Source of the DNA: an uncultured Gammaproteobacteria bacterium
GTDB lineage: Bacteria; Patescibacteriota; Microgenomatia; UBA1406
Reading direction: 5' to 3'
NCBI GenBank assembly: GCA_964414145.1
Contig: CAYPVH010000001.1
Coordinates: 156,851-220,850, forward strand
DNA: 64,000 bases
The notes under the pieces are model-generated. The model had not been told where the DNA came from, ran no database searches, and was given only the letters and a program-made list of their open reading frames with translations. A program made the translations under genes and the position numbers. Positions 26,842 through 35,785 of the stretch are shown piece by piece. Numbering within the stretch: the stretch's first letter is position 1; each line of letters starts with the position of its first letter.

Positions 26842-27927
26842 GTGGAAGAAAATATTTTGGCACACTTGTCGTTTTCATATTTCTCAGGAATCGGACCAAA
26901 CATTTTTAGTAAACTTGTAAAAAGGTTCAAGTCAGCACAAAAGGCTTATGGAGCAACTAGAAATGAGCTAACAGCCGCACTTGGCCAAGCATTGGTTGAT
27001 CGTTTTGTTGACTTTAGAAATGAATTTAGTCCGGTAGAAGCTAAAAAACAACTTAACAAGCAGGGTATTGGATATAAAGCACAAATTGAAGTTGATTACC
27101 CGCCACTCTTAAACAAAATCAGCGATCCGCCTATAGGGCTTTTTTATAAAGGCAACTGGCAAAATATTAACTGGAAGAATGATAAGTTTTTTACAATTGT
27201 TGGTACCAGAAAACCGAGTCACTATGGTAAAAATCAAGCCATAAATACTGCTAAAGCGTTAGCAGGGCTTGGGGTCGTGCTTGTTTCCGGTCTTGCTATT
27301 GGGATTGATGCCTGTGTTCATAACGCTGTACTGTCACTAAAGAACGGGCGGGCAATTGCAGTACTGGGTGGCGGTTTAAATAACGGTTATCCACAAAGCA
27401 ACCGCTTCTTGTATCAAAAAATTATTAACAATGGTTTGGTTGTTTCAGAGTTTCCGCCCCAAAGCTTTGTGGTTAAGGGGATGTTTGTTTCCAGAAATAG
27501 AATTGTGGCGGGATTAAGTAGGGGCACATTGGTAATTGAGGGGACTAAAAAATCAGGAACTTTAATTACGGCCAAATATGCCGCTAACCAGGGTAGGGAA
27601 GTATTTGCTCTTCCGGGTGAAATAGATAACTATCTTTCAGAAGCTCCGCTTTTACTAATTAAGCAAGGCGCCGAAGTTTACACAAAAGTTGAAGATATAG
27701 AAAATTTTTTGGCGGTAAAAAGAACGGTTAATACAACACAGAACAAAACAACTCTTACCAAGTCTCAGCTTTTAATTGTTAAAAAGCTTCAGGTTAACGA
27801 ACTAACTACTAACGAACTGTTAAAAGACCAAGCCAATTCTTTTCAAAACTTAATAGTTGACCTGTCACTTCTTGAGCTTTTGGGTATAATTGAGCAGAGT
27901 AAATTAGGCAAGTGGATTGTTAAATAA
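26842..27927 (+). CDS. dprA: DNA-processing protein DprA
   Basis: 361 aa with a GTG start. Rossmann-like DprA core (IVGTRKPSHYG, VSGLAIGIDA, VSEFPP, FVSRNRIVAGLS, VIEGTKKSGTLITA). Confidence 0.9.
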   Translation: MEENILAHLSFSYFSGIGPNIFSKLVKRFKSAQKAYGATRNELTAALGQALVDRFVDFRNEFSPVEAKKQLNKQGIGYKAQIEVDYPPLLNKISDPPIGLFYKGNWQNINWKNDKFFTIVGTRKPSHYGKNQAINTAKALAGLGVVLVSGLAIGIDACVHNAVLSLKNGRAIAVLGGGLNNGYPQSNRFLYQKIINNGLVVSEFPPQSFVVKGMFVSRNRIVAGLSRGTLVIEGTKKSGTLITAKYAANQGREVFALPGEIDNYLSEAPLLLIKQGAEVYTKVEDIENFLAVKRTVNTTQNKTTLTKSQLLIVKKLQVNELTTNELLKDQANSFQNLIVDLSLLELLGIIEQSKLGKWIVK

Positions 27928-27928
27928 T

Positions 27929-28843
27929 ATGAAAATAACCGTTATTACCGGGCAAACTGCAAGCGGCAAAACTTCGTTGGCAATCAGGCTGGCTAAAGAA
28001 CGGGCCGGCGAATTAATTTCGGCAGATTCCAGACAGGCATATCAGTATCTAGATATAATTACCGGTAAAGATGTAGGTAAAGCTAAATTTCATTTGGTTG
28101 AGAAGACAAAGGATGGTTTTAGTGTTGGTTATTACCAAATTAGCGGTATTAATATTTGGTTATATGATATTTTGTCACCTAATCGATATTTTTCTGCTTT
28201 TGATTGGCAAAAACTAGCGGTAATGACTGTAGCAGAAATAACCAAGAGAAAAAAATACCCAATCGTTGTTGGTGGCAGTTATTTCTATATCAAAGCACTT
28301 ATTTATGGTTTGTCTGAAACCATTGCCCCTGATTGGCAGTTCAGAAAGAAACTTTCTTTCTATTCGCTTAGTGAATTACAAGAATACCTAAAAGAATTGA
28401 ATGCAGAAAGGTTGAATAGTTTAAACCGTTCCGACCTAAATAATAAGCGTCGCTTGATTCGTTGGATTGAAAAAGAGAAGGCATTCATGAAATCAAACAC
28501 TGTCACAGAAAGAAAAACACCCATTACCGATATTAGCAACATCGAGCTTATTGGATTAAGGTATAATAAGCTCTCGGCTCTTAAAGAACAGATAGAGTTA
28601 CGAGTTGAGAAACGTTTAAAGCAGGGCGCGGTAGAGGAGGTACAAATCCTACTTGATATGGGGTACAAGCAGACTAATTTTGGCTTACAAACAATAGGTT
28701 ACCAACAGGTGATAGGTTATTTACAGAATAATTATGATTTTAAAGAAATGAAGCAAAAATGGGTTACGGCAGAAATACAGTATGCTAAAAGACAGATAAC
28801 ATTAATGAAAAAAGATAATAATATTAATTGGCAAGAGATTTAA
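27929..28843 (+). CDS. miaA: tRNA dimethylallyltransferase
   Basis: P-loop ITGQTASGKTSLAI, then SADSRQAYQYLDIITGK. The ATG at 27929 lies 1 nt after the dprA stop codon (27925-27927). Confidence 0.9.
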   Translation: MKITVITGQTASGKTSLAIRLAKERAGELISADSRQAYQYLDIITGKDVGKAKFHLVEKTKDGFSVGYYQISGINIWLYDILSPNRYFSAFDWQKLAVMTVAEITKRKKYPIVVGGSYFYIKALIYGLSETIAPDWQFRKKLSFYSLSELQEYLKELNAERLNSLNRSDLNNKRRLIRWIEKEKAFMKSNTVTERKTPITDISNIELIGLRYNKLSALKEQIELRVEKRLKQGAVEEVQILLDMGYKQTNFGLQTIGYQQVIGYLQNNYDFKEMKQKWVTAEIQYAKRQITLMKKDNNINWQEI

Positions 28844-28888
28844 TAACCGTAAACATATTAGATAAAAGTCCTCTGCAACAATAATTAT

Positions 28889-29470
28889 ATGGAACCAGTA
28901 CTAACAGAAAAAACAGAAGCCAATCTTTGTCGCTTGTTAAGAAAATTCAAAATGATTCCTTTTTTTACTGTGTTAATACTTATTATTCTTGTCTTATACA
29001 TAATTTTAGGACTTTCGCAGCATAATGTTTTTGCTGTTGATAGTTATGTTTTACCCTATCCTGGAATTTTACCCACTCATCGCCTATATTTTGTGAAGTC
29101 CACAAGAGATAAGTTAATAGAAATGTTAACTAGGGATGCGGCTAAAAAAGCCAAATTATACTTACACTTAGCCGATAAGCGCTTAAATATGGTAAAAATG
29201 TTGGCAGAAAGCAAAAACTGGAGCGAAAGCGCTTCAATAGTTGTTGAATCTCAGGAATATTTTGAGAAAATGGGTAGGGCAGCTGAAAATGCTAAAAATC
29301 AGGGCAGTGGTCTGAGTGAAGATTTTACTAACAAGGCTCGGCAGTCGGTATTATTTCATCAGGGTACATTAAAATCGCTTATTGCCAGCTCACCCAAAGA
29401 ATATCGGTCGAAATTTAAAGAAGCCATTTTAATTAATAAAAAAATGCAGAAAAGTTTACTTCTTAAATAA
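28889..29470 (+). CDS. hypothetical membrane-anchored helical protein
   Basis: 193 aa with one TM (IPFFTVLILIILVLYIILG) and a helical extracytoplasmic domain. The start is uncertain (Met1 or Met22). Confidence 0.4.
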   Translation: MEPVLTEKTEANLCRLLRKFKMIPFFTVLILIILVLYIILGLSQHNVFAVDSYVLPYPGILPTHRLYFVKSTRDKLIEMLTRDAAKKAKLYLHLADKRLNMVKMLAESKNWSESASIVVESQEYFEKMGRAAENAKNQGSGLSEDFTNKARQSVLFHQGTLKSLIASSPKEYRSKFKEAILINKKMQKSLLLK

Positions 29471-30637
29471 AATTCCAATTACTGTTCCCAGAAGAAGTTG
29501 ATTTTGAACTTGTGTTAAGTGATAGTGATCTATCGATCCACTAACAAATAAGAAAAAAATTACAGGCAAAGACATTTTTTGTAATACGCTTTTGATTTTT
29601 ATACTTTTTAAAAATATGCCCAACCAAATAATTCCGATAATGCCCGTTTCCATAATGTATAACAGAAAAACATTGTGAACCGGTTGATATTTAGTTTTTA
29701 ACAAAGGATGTAAATAGTGACCAAGCGAAACCCCAAAAGGATTTTTGATTATATATACCAAAGTATCTTGATAAGAAGTAAGGCGTTCAGAAAGGGATGA
29801 CGGATTATTCACGATGATCAGGGCTAAAAAAAACAACCAAGATGCAAATAAAATACTTGCTATTTTACAAACAGCACAGTTCTTACTTGTTTTAATTCCT
29901 TTGTATATAAGGAGTAGGGCCAAAATCAATATATTTGCTTTTGAAAACGACAAAATAACAAGCAGTAAAGCGGCAATAGCGTAAAAGGTTGGGCAACACA
30001 ATACAAATAACCAGTATGTTAATTGAAAAAAACCTGCCAATGCGTTCGGGTGTGAAAAACTGCCATACGCACGAAGCACTTTTTGACCAAAAATTGTGAT
30101 AGTTGAAATTCCCGGAGTTGTTACCGAAAAACGTCTTTCACCCAACAACCACCAGATTCCTTGAACAGAACCTTGGCGACTTATTTGGAGCAGTGATAGC
30201 CCCAGTGTGTATAGTGAGGCAATAAACAGGCCCTTTAAAAAATAACCTGATTCTTTTTTGGAGCTATTTTTGAAAATCAAGAACGCTACAACTATGCGTA
30301 AGTATTGCCAAAGTCGTAAAAAAAACAAACCCTTAAATTCTGCTATAAAAAAAAGAAATAAAAGAGAAAAACCCAAGCCAAAAACCAAGCGCCTGTGTTT
30401 ATTTATCAAACGGTAGTATTTTTTATCAAAGAGAGTAAGTCCTGCCAAGGCAATTAATATAAAGTCGGATAAGTAAAAAACAACAGCCAAGTAATCAATT
30501 CGAACCGATTCTAAATAAGAAAAAGGCATCCAAAAGTGTTTGCCAAGCTGAGAAGGTAATAGTAGCCCAAAAATAAAAAATAATAAATTTAAAAAAACAT
30601 CCTTTAGTCTTTTCAATTTAAAAGTTTGTTGATCCAT
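29456..30637 (-). CDS. O-antigen ligase/polymerase-like polytopic membrane protein
   Basis: 393 aa with more than 10 TM segments. Has a Wzy_C-like motif near HNVFLLYIMETGIIGIIWL. Confidence 0.65.
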   Translation of the reverse strand: MDQQTFKLKRLKDVFLNLLFFIFGLLLPSQLGKHFWMPFSYLESVRIDYLAVVFYLSDFILIALAGLTLFDKKYYRLINKHRRLVFGLGFSLLFLFFIAEFKGLFFLRLWQYLRIVVAFLIFKNSSKKESGYFLKGLFIASLYTLGLSLLQISRQGSVQGIWWLLGERRFSVTTPGISTITIFGQKVLRAYGSFSHPNALAGFFQLTYWLFVLCCPTFYAIAALLLVILSFSKANILILALLLIYKGIKTSKNCAVCKIASILFASWLFFLALIIVNNPSSLSERLTSYQDTLVYIIKNPFGVSLGHYLHPLLKTKYQPVHNVFLLYIMETGIIGIIWLGIFLKSIKIKSVLQKMSLPVIFFLFVSGSIDHYHLTQVQNQLLLGTVIGILFKK

Positions 30638-30646
30638 CTTCTTCTG

Positions 30647-32476
30647 TCAATTAAAGTGGGCATAAATTCGCCGAATACCTTTGCCGACAGATTCTTGTTT
30701 ATAAATCTTTAGCGTTGGTGAAAGTTGTTTTAAACTGGTAACATGCGGCCCGCCGCAAAATTCTTTACTGAAGGCGGTTTCCAAACTGTGACCAACATAA
30801 TAAACCTTAACTATGTCGGGATATTTTTCTTTAAAAAAGTGTAGAGCACCTAATCTTTCTGCCTCTTCTTTTTTCATAACAGCATTGTTTACCGGCAATC
30901 CTTGTTTTATGGTAGTGTTAACCAAATTTTCAATTTTTAATATTTGCTGCTCGGTTAGTTTATCCTCATAACCAAAATCAAATCGAAGTCGCTCATTTGT
31001 AATATTACTTCCAAGTTGTCTAATACTCTTGCCGAGTATTAATCGTAGTGCTTGATGAATTAAATGTGTTGCTGTGTGATATTTAATTACTTCCTCTGAA
31101 TGGTTAGCCAAACCACCCTTAAATTTAGCATCGGCACCTTTTCGGGAAAGCGCTTGGTGACTATTAAAGATAATGGCATAATCCTTAGCAAACTTTAATG
31201 AATTAATCTCAATTTCTTTGTCTCTGGCTTCTTCAATAAACAGCTCGGGTGGGTAGCCAACCGATTGATAAAGATCAAAACTTACTTTTGCTAAGTGTTT
31301 TGTTTCACTTATTTTACTTAATTTTATTTGATCTAAAGCTCGGTTAACTTTTGGCAAAGCCTTAGTGAGTGTTTTCTTAAATTTGTTTTCTTCTAAACTT
31401 ATTGTTTCCTTGATTATATTAGTCTGACTGGTAAGATTAGGATAAAGCCAAATTAATACCTCTATACCTTTGTCAACCACAGTTCCCGAAAGAGTGGGAA
31501 CCAAATTTTTAACAACCGCAAATCTAACCATTCTTCGAATAAAACGGCGCAAAGCATAGCCCTGGTCTTTGTTGGATGGTTGTACTCCGTCCATAATTAG
31601 TAAAATTGAGGCGCGTAGGTGATCGGCAACGATACGCATACTTTCTGTGATTTCTTTATTACTTTTGTACTTTTTTCCGCTTAGTTTTTCTAATTCCTGA
31701 ATAATCGGGTAAAAATTATCTGTTTCAAAAATATCATTCTTTTTCTGTACTACTAGGGCAATTCTTTCCAGGCCGCCACCAAAATCAATATTTTTTTGTT
31801 GTAATTGTGCCCAGCCGGTTTTGGTTTTTTTGTATTGCATAAAAACAGAATTGCCGATTTCCAAAAATTCATCTGGGTATTTGGTTAAACTTTTACCAAT
31901 ACCACTTCCCTCTCCAAGATAATAAAATAACTCACTGTTTGGCCCTCCCAATTCGCCAATAGCTTCGCCTCGTTTCCACCAATTGTCGGCTTTGCCAAAC
32001 GCAAAAATCCGCTCATTTTCTTTAGCTTTTATTCCGTATTTAGCGAAAATATCTTTAATTGTTTTTACTGAAACCGAATCTTTGGGCGAATCCTTGTCGC
32101 CGGCAAAAACAGAGGCAAAAAGCCTGTCGGGTGACAAGCCCAGTTCTTCAATAAAATACTCATAAATCCAAGACAGCTGCTCTTTCTTAAAGTAGTCGCC
32201 CAAGCTCCAGTTACCCAACATATGAAAAGCGGTAGTATGACGGTTATCTCCAATTTCTTCAATATCTTCAAAACGCATTGAGCGCTGTACGTTTACCAAG
32301 CGCTTACCTGAAGGGTGGGGCTCTCCCGATAAGTAAGGCACAAGAGGAAACATACCGCAATTAACAAACAGAAGGGTAGGGTCATTTTCAGGTACTAAAG
32401 AAACACTTGGAATTTCTGTATGCTTTCTGGCTCTAAAAAATTCTATGTATCGTTTGGTTATTTCCTCAGATGTCAT
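30647..32476 (-). CDS. alaS: alanine--tRNA ligase, short form lacking the C-Ala domain
   Basis: 609 aa. N-terminal class II core (FFRARKHTEIPSVSLVPENDPTLLFVNCGM). Editing-site motifs HTATHLIHQALR and CGGPHV, with only about 30 residues after the latter. Confidence 0.93.
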   Translation of the reverse strand: MTSEEITKRYIEFFRARKHTEIPSVSLVPENDPTLLFVNCGMFPLVPYLSGEPHPSGKRLVNVQRSMRFEDIEEIGDNRHTTAFHMLGNWSLGDYFKKEQLSWIYEYFIEELGLSPDRLFASVFAGDKDSPKDSVSVKTIKDIFAKYGIKAKENERIFAFGKADNWWKRGEAIGELGGPNSELFYYLGEGSGIGKSLTKYPDEFLEIGNSVFMQYKKTKTGWAQLQQKNIDFGGGLERIALVVQKKNDIFETDNFYPIIQELEKLSGKKYKSNKEITESMRIVADHLRASILLIMDGVQPSNKDQGYALRRFIRRMVRFAVVKNLVPTLSGTVVDKGIEVLIWLYPNLTSQTNIIKETISLEENKFKKTLTKALPKVNRALDQIKLSKISETKHLAKVSFDLYQSVGYPPELFIEEARDKEIEINSLKFAKDYAIIFNSHQALSRKGADAKFKGGLANHSEEVIKYHTATHLIHQALRLILGKSIRQLGSNITNERLRFDFGYEDKLTEQQILKIENLVNTTIKQGLPVNNAVMKKEEAERLGALHFFKEKYPDIVKVYYVGHSLETAFSKEFCGGPHVTSLKQLSPTLKIYKQESVGKGIRRIYAHFN

Positions 32477-32557
32477 GGTTTTTATTGTATCACGAGAGCA
32501 ACCGGATTGGTTCTATAGTTGTTGAATTATTGGTTTAGTTAGGGTAATATATAGCAA

Positions 32558-33130
32558 ATGAAGGTATTTTTTACAGCTTCGCAACGTGGCAAAAACTTTT
32601 TTGAACGCTTCTATCAAAAAATATACAAAATTGTAGAAAGCCAAGACCTTGAACACTTAGATCATACTTTAGTAAAGGTTGCAGCAAAAAAGTTTTATGA
32701 TAGCCTGGATAAAAATGGTACCAATGCTCAAAAAGAGCTTTATGAAAAAAATATGAAAGCAATTAACAAAGCAGATGTAACCATTTTCGAAAGCTCATTA
32801 CCCAGCCTGTCGGTTGGTTATATGATTAATAAGTCACTAGAAGCTAATAAGCCCACAATTGTGCTCTATCTAGACGAAAACTATCCTCATTTTTTAAAAG
32901 GAGTTAACGAAGATAAATTAATTGTTAAGCGCTATCAAGAAGACAATTTAGAAAAGACTGTTAAAGAAGCAATAAAAATTGCAGCACAAAAAACAGACAA
33001 ACGGTTCAACTTTTTTATTGATTCGGAATTACTCTCGTACCTGGCTAATGCCGCGCGAGCACAAAAAATTACCAAGTCAACTTTTCTTCGAAATTTGATT
33101 GTTGAGCACAAAAACAGATCTAAAAAGTAG
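32558..33130 (+). CDS. fusion of a DNPH1/nucleoside 2-deoxyribosyltransferase-like domain and a C-terminal ribbon-helix-helix domain
   Basis: 190 aa. MKVFFTASQRGK ... ADVTIFESSLPSLSVGYMINK parallels the DNPH1 pattern (YFCGSIRGG ... ADVVVAEVTQPSLGVGYELG), but Met replaces the catalytic Glu. The C-terminus KRFNFFIDSELLSYLANAARAQKITKSTFLRNLIVEH has a CopG/RHH pattern. Confidence 0.55.
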   Translation: MKVFFTASQRGKNFFERFYQKIYKIVESQDLEHLDHTLVKVAAKKFYDSLDKNGTNAQKELYEKNMKAINKADVTIFESSLPSLSVGYMINKSLEANKPTIVLYLDENYPHFLKGVNEDKLIVKRYQEDNLEKTVKEAIKIAAQKTDKRFNFFIDSELLSYLANAARAQKITKSTFLRNLIVEHKNRSKK

Positions 33131-34112
33131 TTTTAATAAGTTTGGTTATTTTTTCTCTGTTTTCTAGGGGTTGTAGAAGTTTTTCCGGAATTGAACTTAG
33201 TCCAAGATAGGTACCGCAAAAACTGCCAACTAGTCCGGCAATGCCATCGGTACAACCGCCCCTAGCTTCAACCAATTCTTCCAAATAGGAATAATGGGCC
33301 AGTTTTTGCTTTTCTTCTTCCGAGTCGTTTCGAAACGAATTAGCACCAGCCAAGACCGCTTCTTCAAAGCTTGTCGCGAATTTTAAAAAGATATAAAGAG
33401 CCAAGGGTATAATTTCATAAGTTAAAGAACTGGTTCCTAAAACTTTTCTTGCTTGGGTCAGATTTTCGATTTTATTGTTAATAACCAATTCTAAATTTCT
33501 AATTAATCTTGTGGCATCCGGGTATTTTTGTTTGGTAGACTCAAGTGCATTTTTGCTTATATTAATAAAGTTAGCTTCATTACTCTTCAAATGAAATAAA
33601 AGGTGGCAAACAAAGTGTGATACTGCCCGGGACGAGCTGGAAAGGTGGGTTATAGTTGTTTGCTTGTCGGCGTCTTCAAGGGCTTCCTCTAAGTTATTAT
33701 AAAGCAGGGCAATAGGTATGGTTCGGTAAACACAGGTTGCCGAATAGCTGTTACTTGGTTTTCTGGTTAATAGAGCCTTTAATGTTGTTTGACCAAACCA
33801 TCGGGAAAAGAAAAAGTCTTTTTTACTTCTTAAAGCCATTTGGTAAAGGCTATTATCCAATAATGTTACCGAAAGATCATTGTTACCAATAATGTTCTCA
33901 AGAGTTGCAATCATTTGCATTGAATTTGATCCGTATTGCCCTATTTTCAAAAAATAGAAATAGGGATGGCGAAAGTTGGTAATGTAACTATTTATACTGC
34001 CAACTGTTAACAATATTTCTTCTTTTTTTAATCCCGAAATCGGTAGCCCTAGGGCGTCGCCCACCAAAAACCCCAGTATTCCACCTAACTTCTTATTATT
34101 GGTTTTTTCCAT
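33120..34112 (-). CDS. ADP-ribosylglycohydrolase family protein
   Basis: 330 aa. N-terminal GGILGFLVGDALGLP and C-terminal GGCTDGIAGLVGSFCGTYLG, versus the usual GGDTDT...G..G motif. Confidence 0.85.
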   Translation of the reverse strand: MEKTNNKKLGGILGFLVGDALGLPISGLKKEEILLTVGSINSYITNFRHPYFYFLKIGQYGSNSMQMIATLENIIGNNDLSVTLLDNSLYQMALRSKKDFFFSRWFGQTTLKALLTRKPSNSYSATCVYRTIPIALLYNNLEEALEDADKQTTITHLSSSSRAVSHFVCHLLFHLKSNEANFINISKNALESTKQKYPDATRLIRNLELVINNKIENLTQARKVLGTSSLTYEIIPLALYIFLKFATSFEEAVLAGANSFRNDSEEEKQKLAHYSYLEELVEARGGCTDGIAGLVGSFCGTYLGLSSIPEKLLQPLENREKITKLIKTTF

Positions 34113-34923
34113 TAAATTTAGCTAAACTTGCGTTTTCAACCATTTCTATATTACTAATTTTATTTGAAAAAGATTTACTTTTAAATAAATCAAAAAGCCA
34201 AGGGTAACTATACAGTAGTTTAAAGTCAGCGGTATGTTTTTTTAACTTAATAACATATGTTAGCAATAGTGCCAAAGTAGCTTGGGCGCCAACATCTACT
34301 ACAACTATCTTTTTATTGTTTGCTGTTTTGCTTAGTGCATTAGTTGTTTTAAGCAAGACCTCTATTTTATTTAAAATGGCATTCAAATCCCTTTGTTTTT
34401 TTAAGTTTTCTTCGTAGATTTTATAAAAGTTATCAAAGCCTTTATTTTTGTTTTCTAGATAACACTGATAAATCAATTCTGAATATCTATTATATGTTTT
34501 TCCGTTAGATTTATTAAAAACAACCTTTCTGGATAGGGGTAGAAACTGGCAATTCTTGGTTTTATTAGTCTCTTTAAATTGTTGATAAAGAAGGTAGGCA
34601 TCGCGGCCGATAAATAAGTACAGATAGTGTGATTGGTTAAGCTGATTAACAAAGCTTGTAACATCTGTCTTAATGTTTAAAAGCTTGTTGGTTTTTGGGC
34701 CAGAAATTAATTCAACTGCTTTTGCCAACTTTGGGCGAAGCTGCTTTAAAAGTAGTTGTCTCTTTTCTTTATGTAAATATTTTAGTCTTACTTTTAATCC
34801 GGAAACTGTTTGATCTATTGTGTCGTTAGCTTGCTTTGGATTTTTTTCATTCAATACACAATTTGTGTAAAAATTATTAATAACAACTGCTGTAAAGCCA
34901 AAATCATGATTGGTATTATTCAT
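34096..34923 (-). CDS. hypothetical protein, translationally coupled to the ADP-ribosylglycohydrolase gene
   Basis: 275 aa with no domain recognised. Overlaps the downstream gene by 17 nt. Confidence 0.5.
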   Translation of the reverse strand: MNNTNHDFGFTAVVINNFYTNCVLNEKNPKQANDTIDQTVSGLKVRLKYLHKEKRQLLLKQLRPKLAKAVELISGPKTNKLLNIKTDVTSFVNQLNQSHYLYLFIGRDAYLLYQQFKETNKTKNCQFLPLSRKVVFNKSNGKTYNRYSELIYQCYLENKNKGFDNFYKIYEENLKKQRDLNAILNKIEVLLKTTNALSKTANNKKIVVVDVGAQATLALLLTYVIKLKKHTADFKLLYSYPWLFDLFKSKSFSNKISNIEMVENASLAKFNGKNQ

Positions 34924-34929
34924 CTTTGC

Positions 34930-34955
34930 TTGTGATAAATTTCACAATTATACCA
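34930..34955 (-). promoter_or_regulatory. extended -10 promoter abutted by an 18-bp palindrome (candidate operator)
   Basis: The minus strand reads TGGTATAAT (plus 34947-34955), immediately followed by TTGTGA-N6-TCACAA (plus 34930-34947). The ATG at 34923 lies 6 nt beyond the palindrome. Confidence 0.4.
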
Positions 34956-35017
34956 CTCTGTAATTCATACTGCCTTATATGATTAATCGGTATTACAATA
35001 TACACATAATCAATGTA

Positions 35018-35047
35018 TTGACAAAATACACAAAATCTACTTATACT
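35018..35047 (+). promoter_or_regulatory. promoter of the TasA-like gene
   Basis: TTGACA 35018-35023, 18-nt spacer, TATACT 35042-35047. This gives a leader of about 32 nt with no obvious SD. A weaker TAATAA at 35074-35079 lies 6 nt before the ATG. Confidence 0.55.
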
Positions 35048-35085
35048 GAAGTTAGGCTTAATAATTATAAATTTAATAAGACCAA

Positions 35086-35715
35086 ATGAACAAACAGAAA
35101 AAACTTCTTTTGAGTGTTTTGATCATTGCGGCAGTAGGTGGTGGTGCTATTGGTGCTACCATTGCTTACTTTACTGCCAATCGTACCGTTTCTAGTAGCA
35201 GATTTACTGCCGGTACATTAGATCTAGACGTTGCCGCAAACGGTAGTGCTCTAGAGCCATTTGTTATCGATAACATCGGTGAGAATGGTGACATTAGTGG
35301 TGAAAAAACCTGGACCGTGAGGAATACAGGAACTCTGCCGGGTCGATTACTGCTTAGGCTAAAAAACTTAGCCAACTATGATAATGGTTGTAACGATCAG
35401 GAAAAGGGAGCGGAACCTTTGTGTGACGCCGATAACGAAGGCGAGATGGGCGCTGTTATTACAGCTAATGTAGCTCTCGACGGCACCGACGTTGTTTCGT
35501 CAACCCTGGCTACCGATCAACAAGGTGTAATTGGTAACAGCTGGAACGCTCTTGCCCCCATTATTTTGCAACCGGGTGAAGAAAGAGAAGTTAAGGTATA
35601 CTGGGCGACAGGTGAGGATGAGTATGGTAATGAAATCCAAAGTGATAGTTTAGAATTTGATATGGATTTCAGGTTGATTCAGCAAATAAACGGACCAACA
35701 CCGGCTAACAACTAA
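35086..35715 (+). CDS. TasA/camelysin-like secreted protein with SipW-cognate-type signal peptide (candidate major fibre subunit)
   Basis: 209 aa. MNKQKKLLLSVLIIAAVGGGAIGATIAYFTANRTVSSSRFTAGTLDLDV matches the AxF(T/N)D...N.F.aGtLdL signal/N-terminal strand pattern of TasA-family proteins. The C-terminal LEFDMDFRLIQ resembles the TasA terminal strand. Confidence 0.75.
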   Translation: MNKQKKLLLSVLIIAAVGGGAIGATIAYFTANRTVSSSRFTAGTLDLDVAANGSALEPFVIDNIGENGDISGEKTWTVRNTGTLPGRLLLRLKNLANYDNGCNDQEKGAEPLCDADNEGEMGAVITANVALDGTDVVSSTLATDQQGVIGNSWNALAPIILQPGEEREVKVYWATGEDEYGNEIQSDSLEFDMDFRLIQQINGPTPANN

Positions 35716-35741
35716 GTGTTAATTACTATTATTTAAGCAGT

Positions 35742-35775
35742 GGGGGCGGGAAAAAATCCGCCCCTCGCTGTTTTA
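35742..35775 (+). terminator. intrinsic-terminator-like hairpin between the subunit gene and the first peptidase gene
   Basis: GGGGCGG 35743-35749 pairs with CCGCCCC 35758-35764, with an 8-nt loop. It is followed by TCGCTGTTTTATT. Confidence 0.5.
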
Positions 35776-35785
35776 TTAGACAAAT

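Noticed and set aside
30635-30649. The alaS TGA stop is in frame with the ATG of the next gene (30637), raising the idea of UGA recoding (Gracilibacteria/SR1-type code) or read-through fusion.
   Set aside because: All recognisable genes in the window are full length under the standard code. TGA also ends metG in a normal ATGA start-stop overlap. A fusion of AlaRS to an O-antigen-ligase-like membrane protein makes no biological sense, and the frame match has a 1-in-3 chance.
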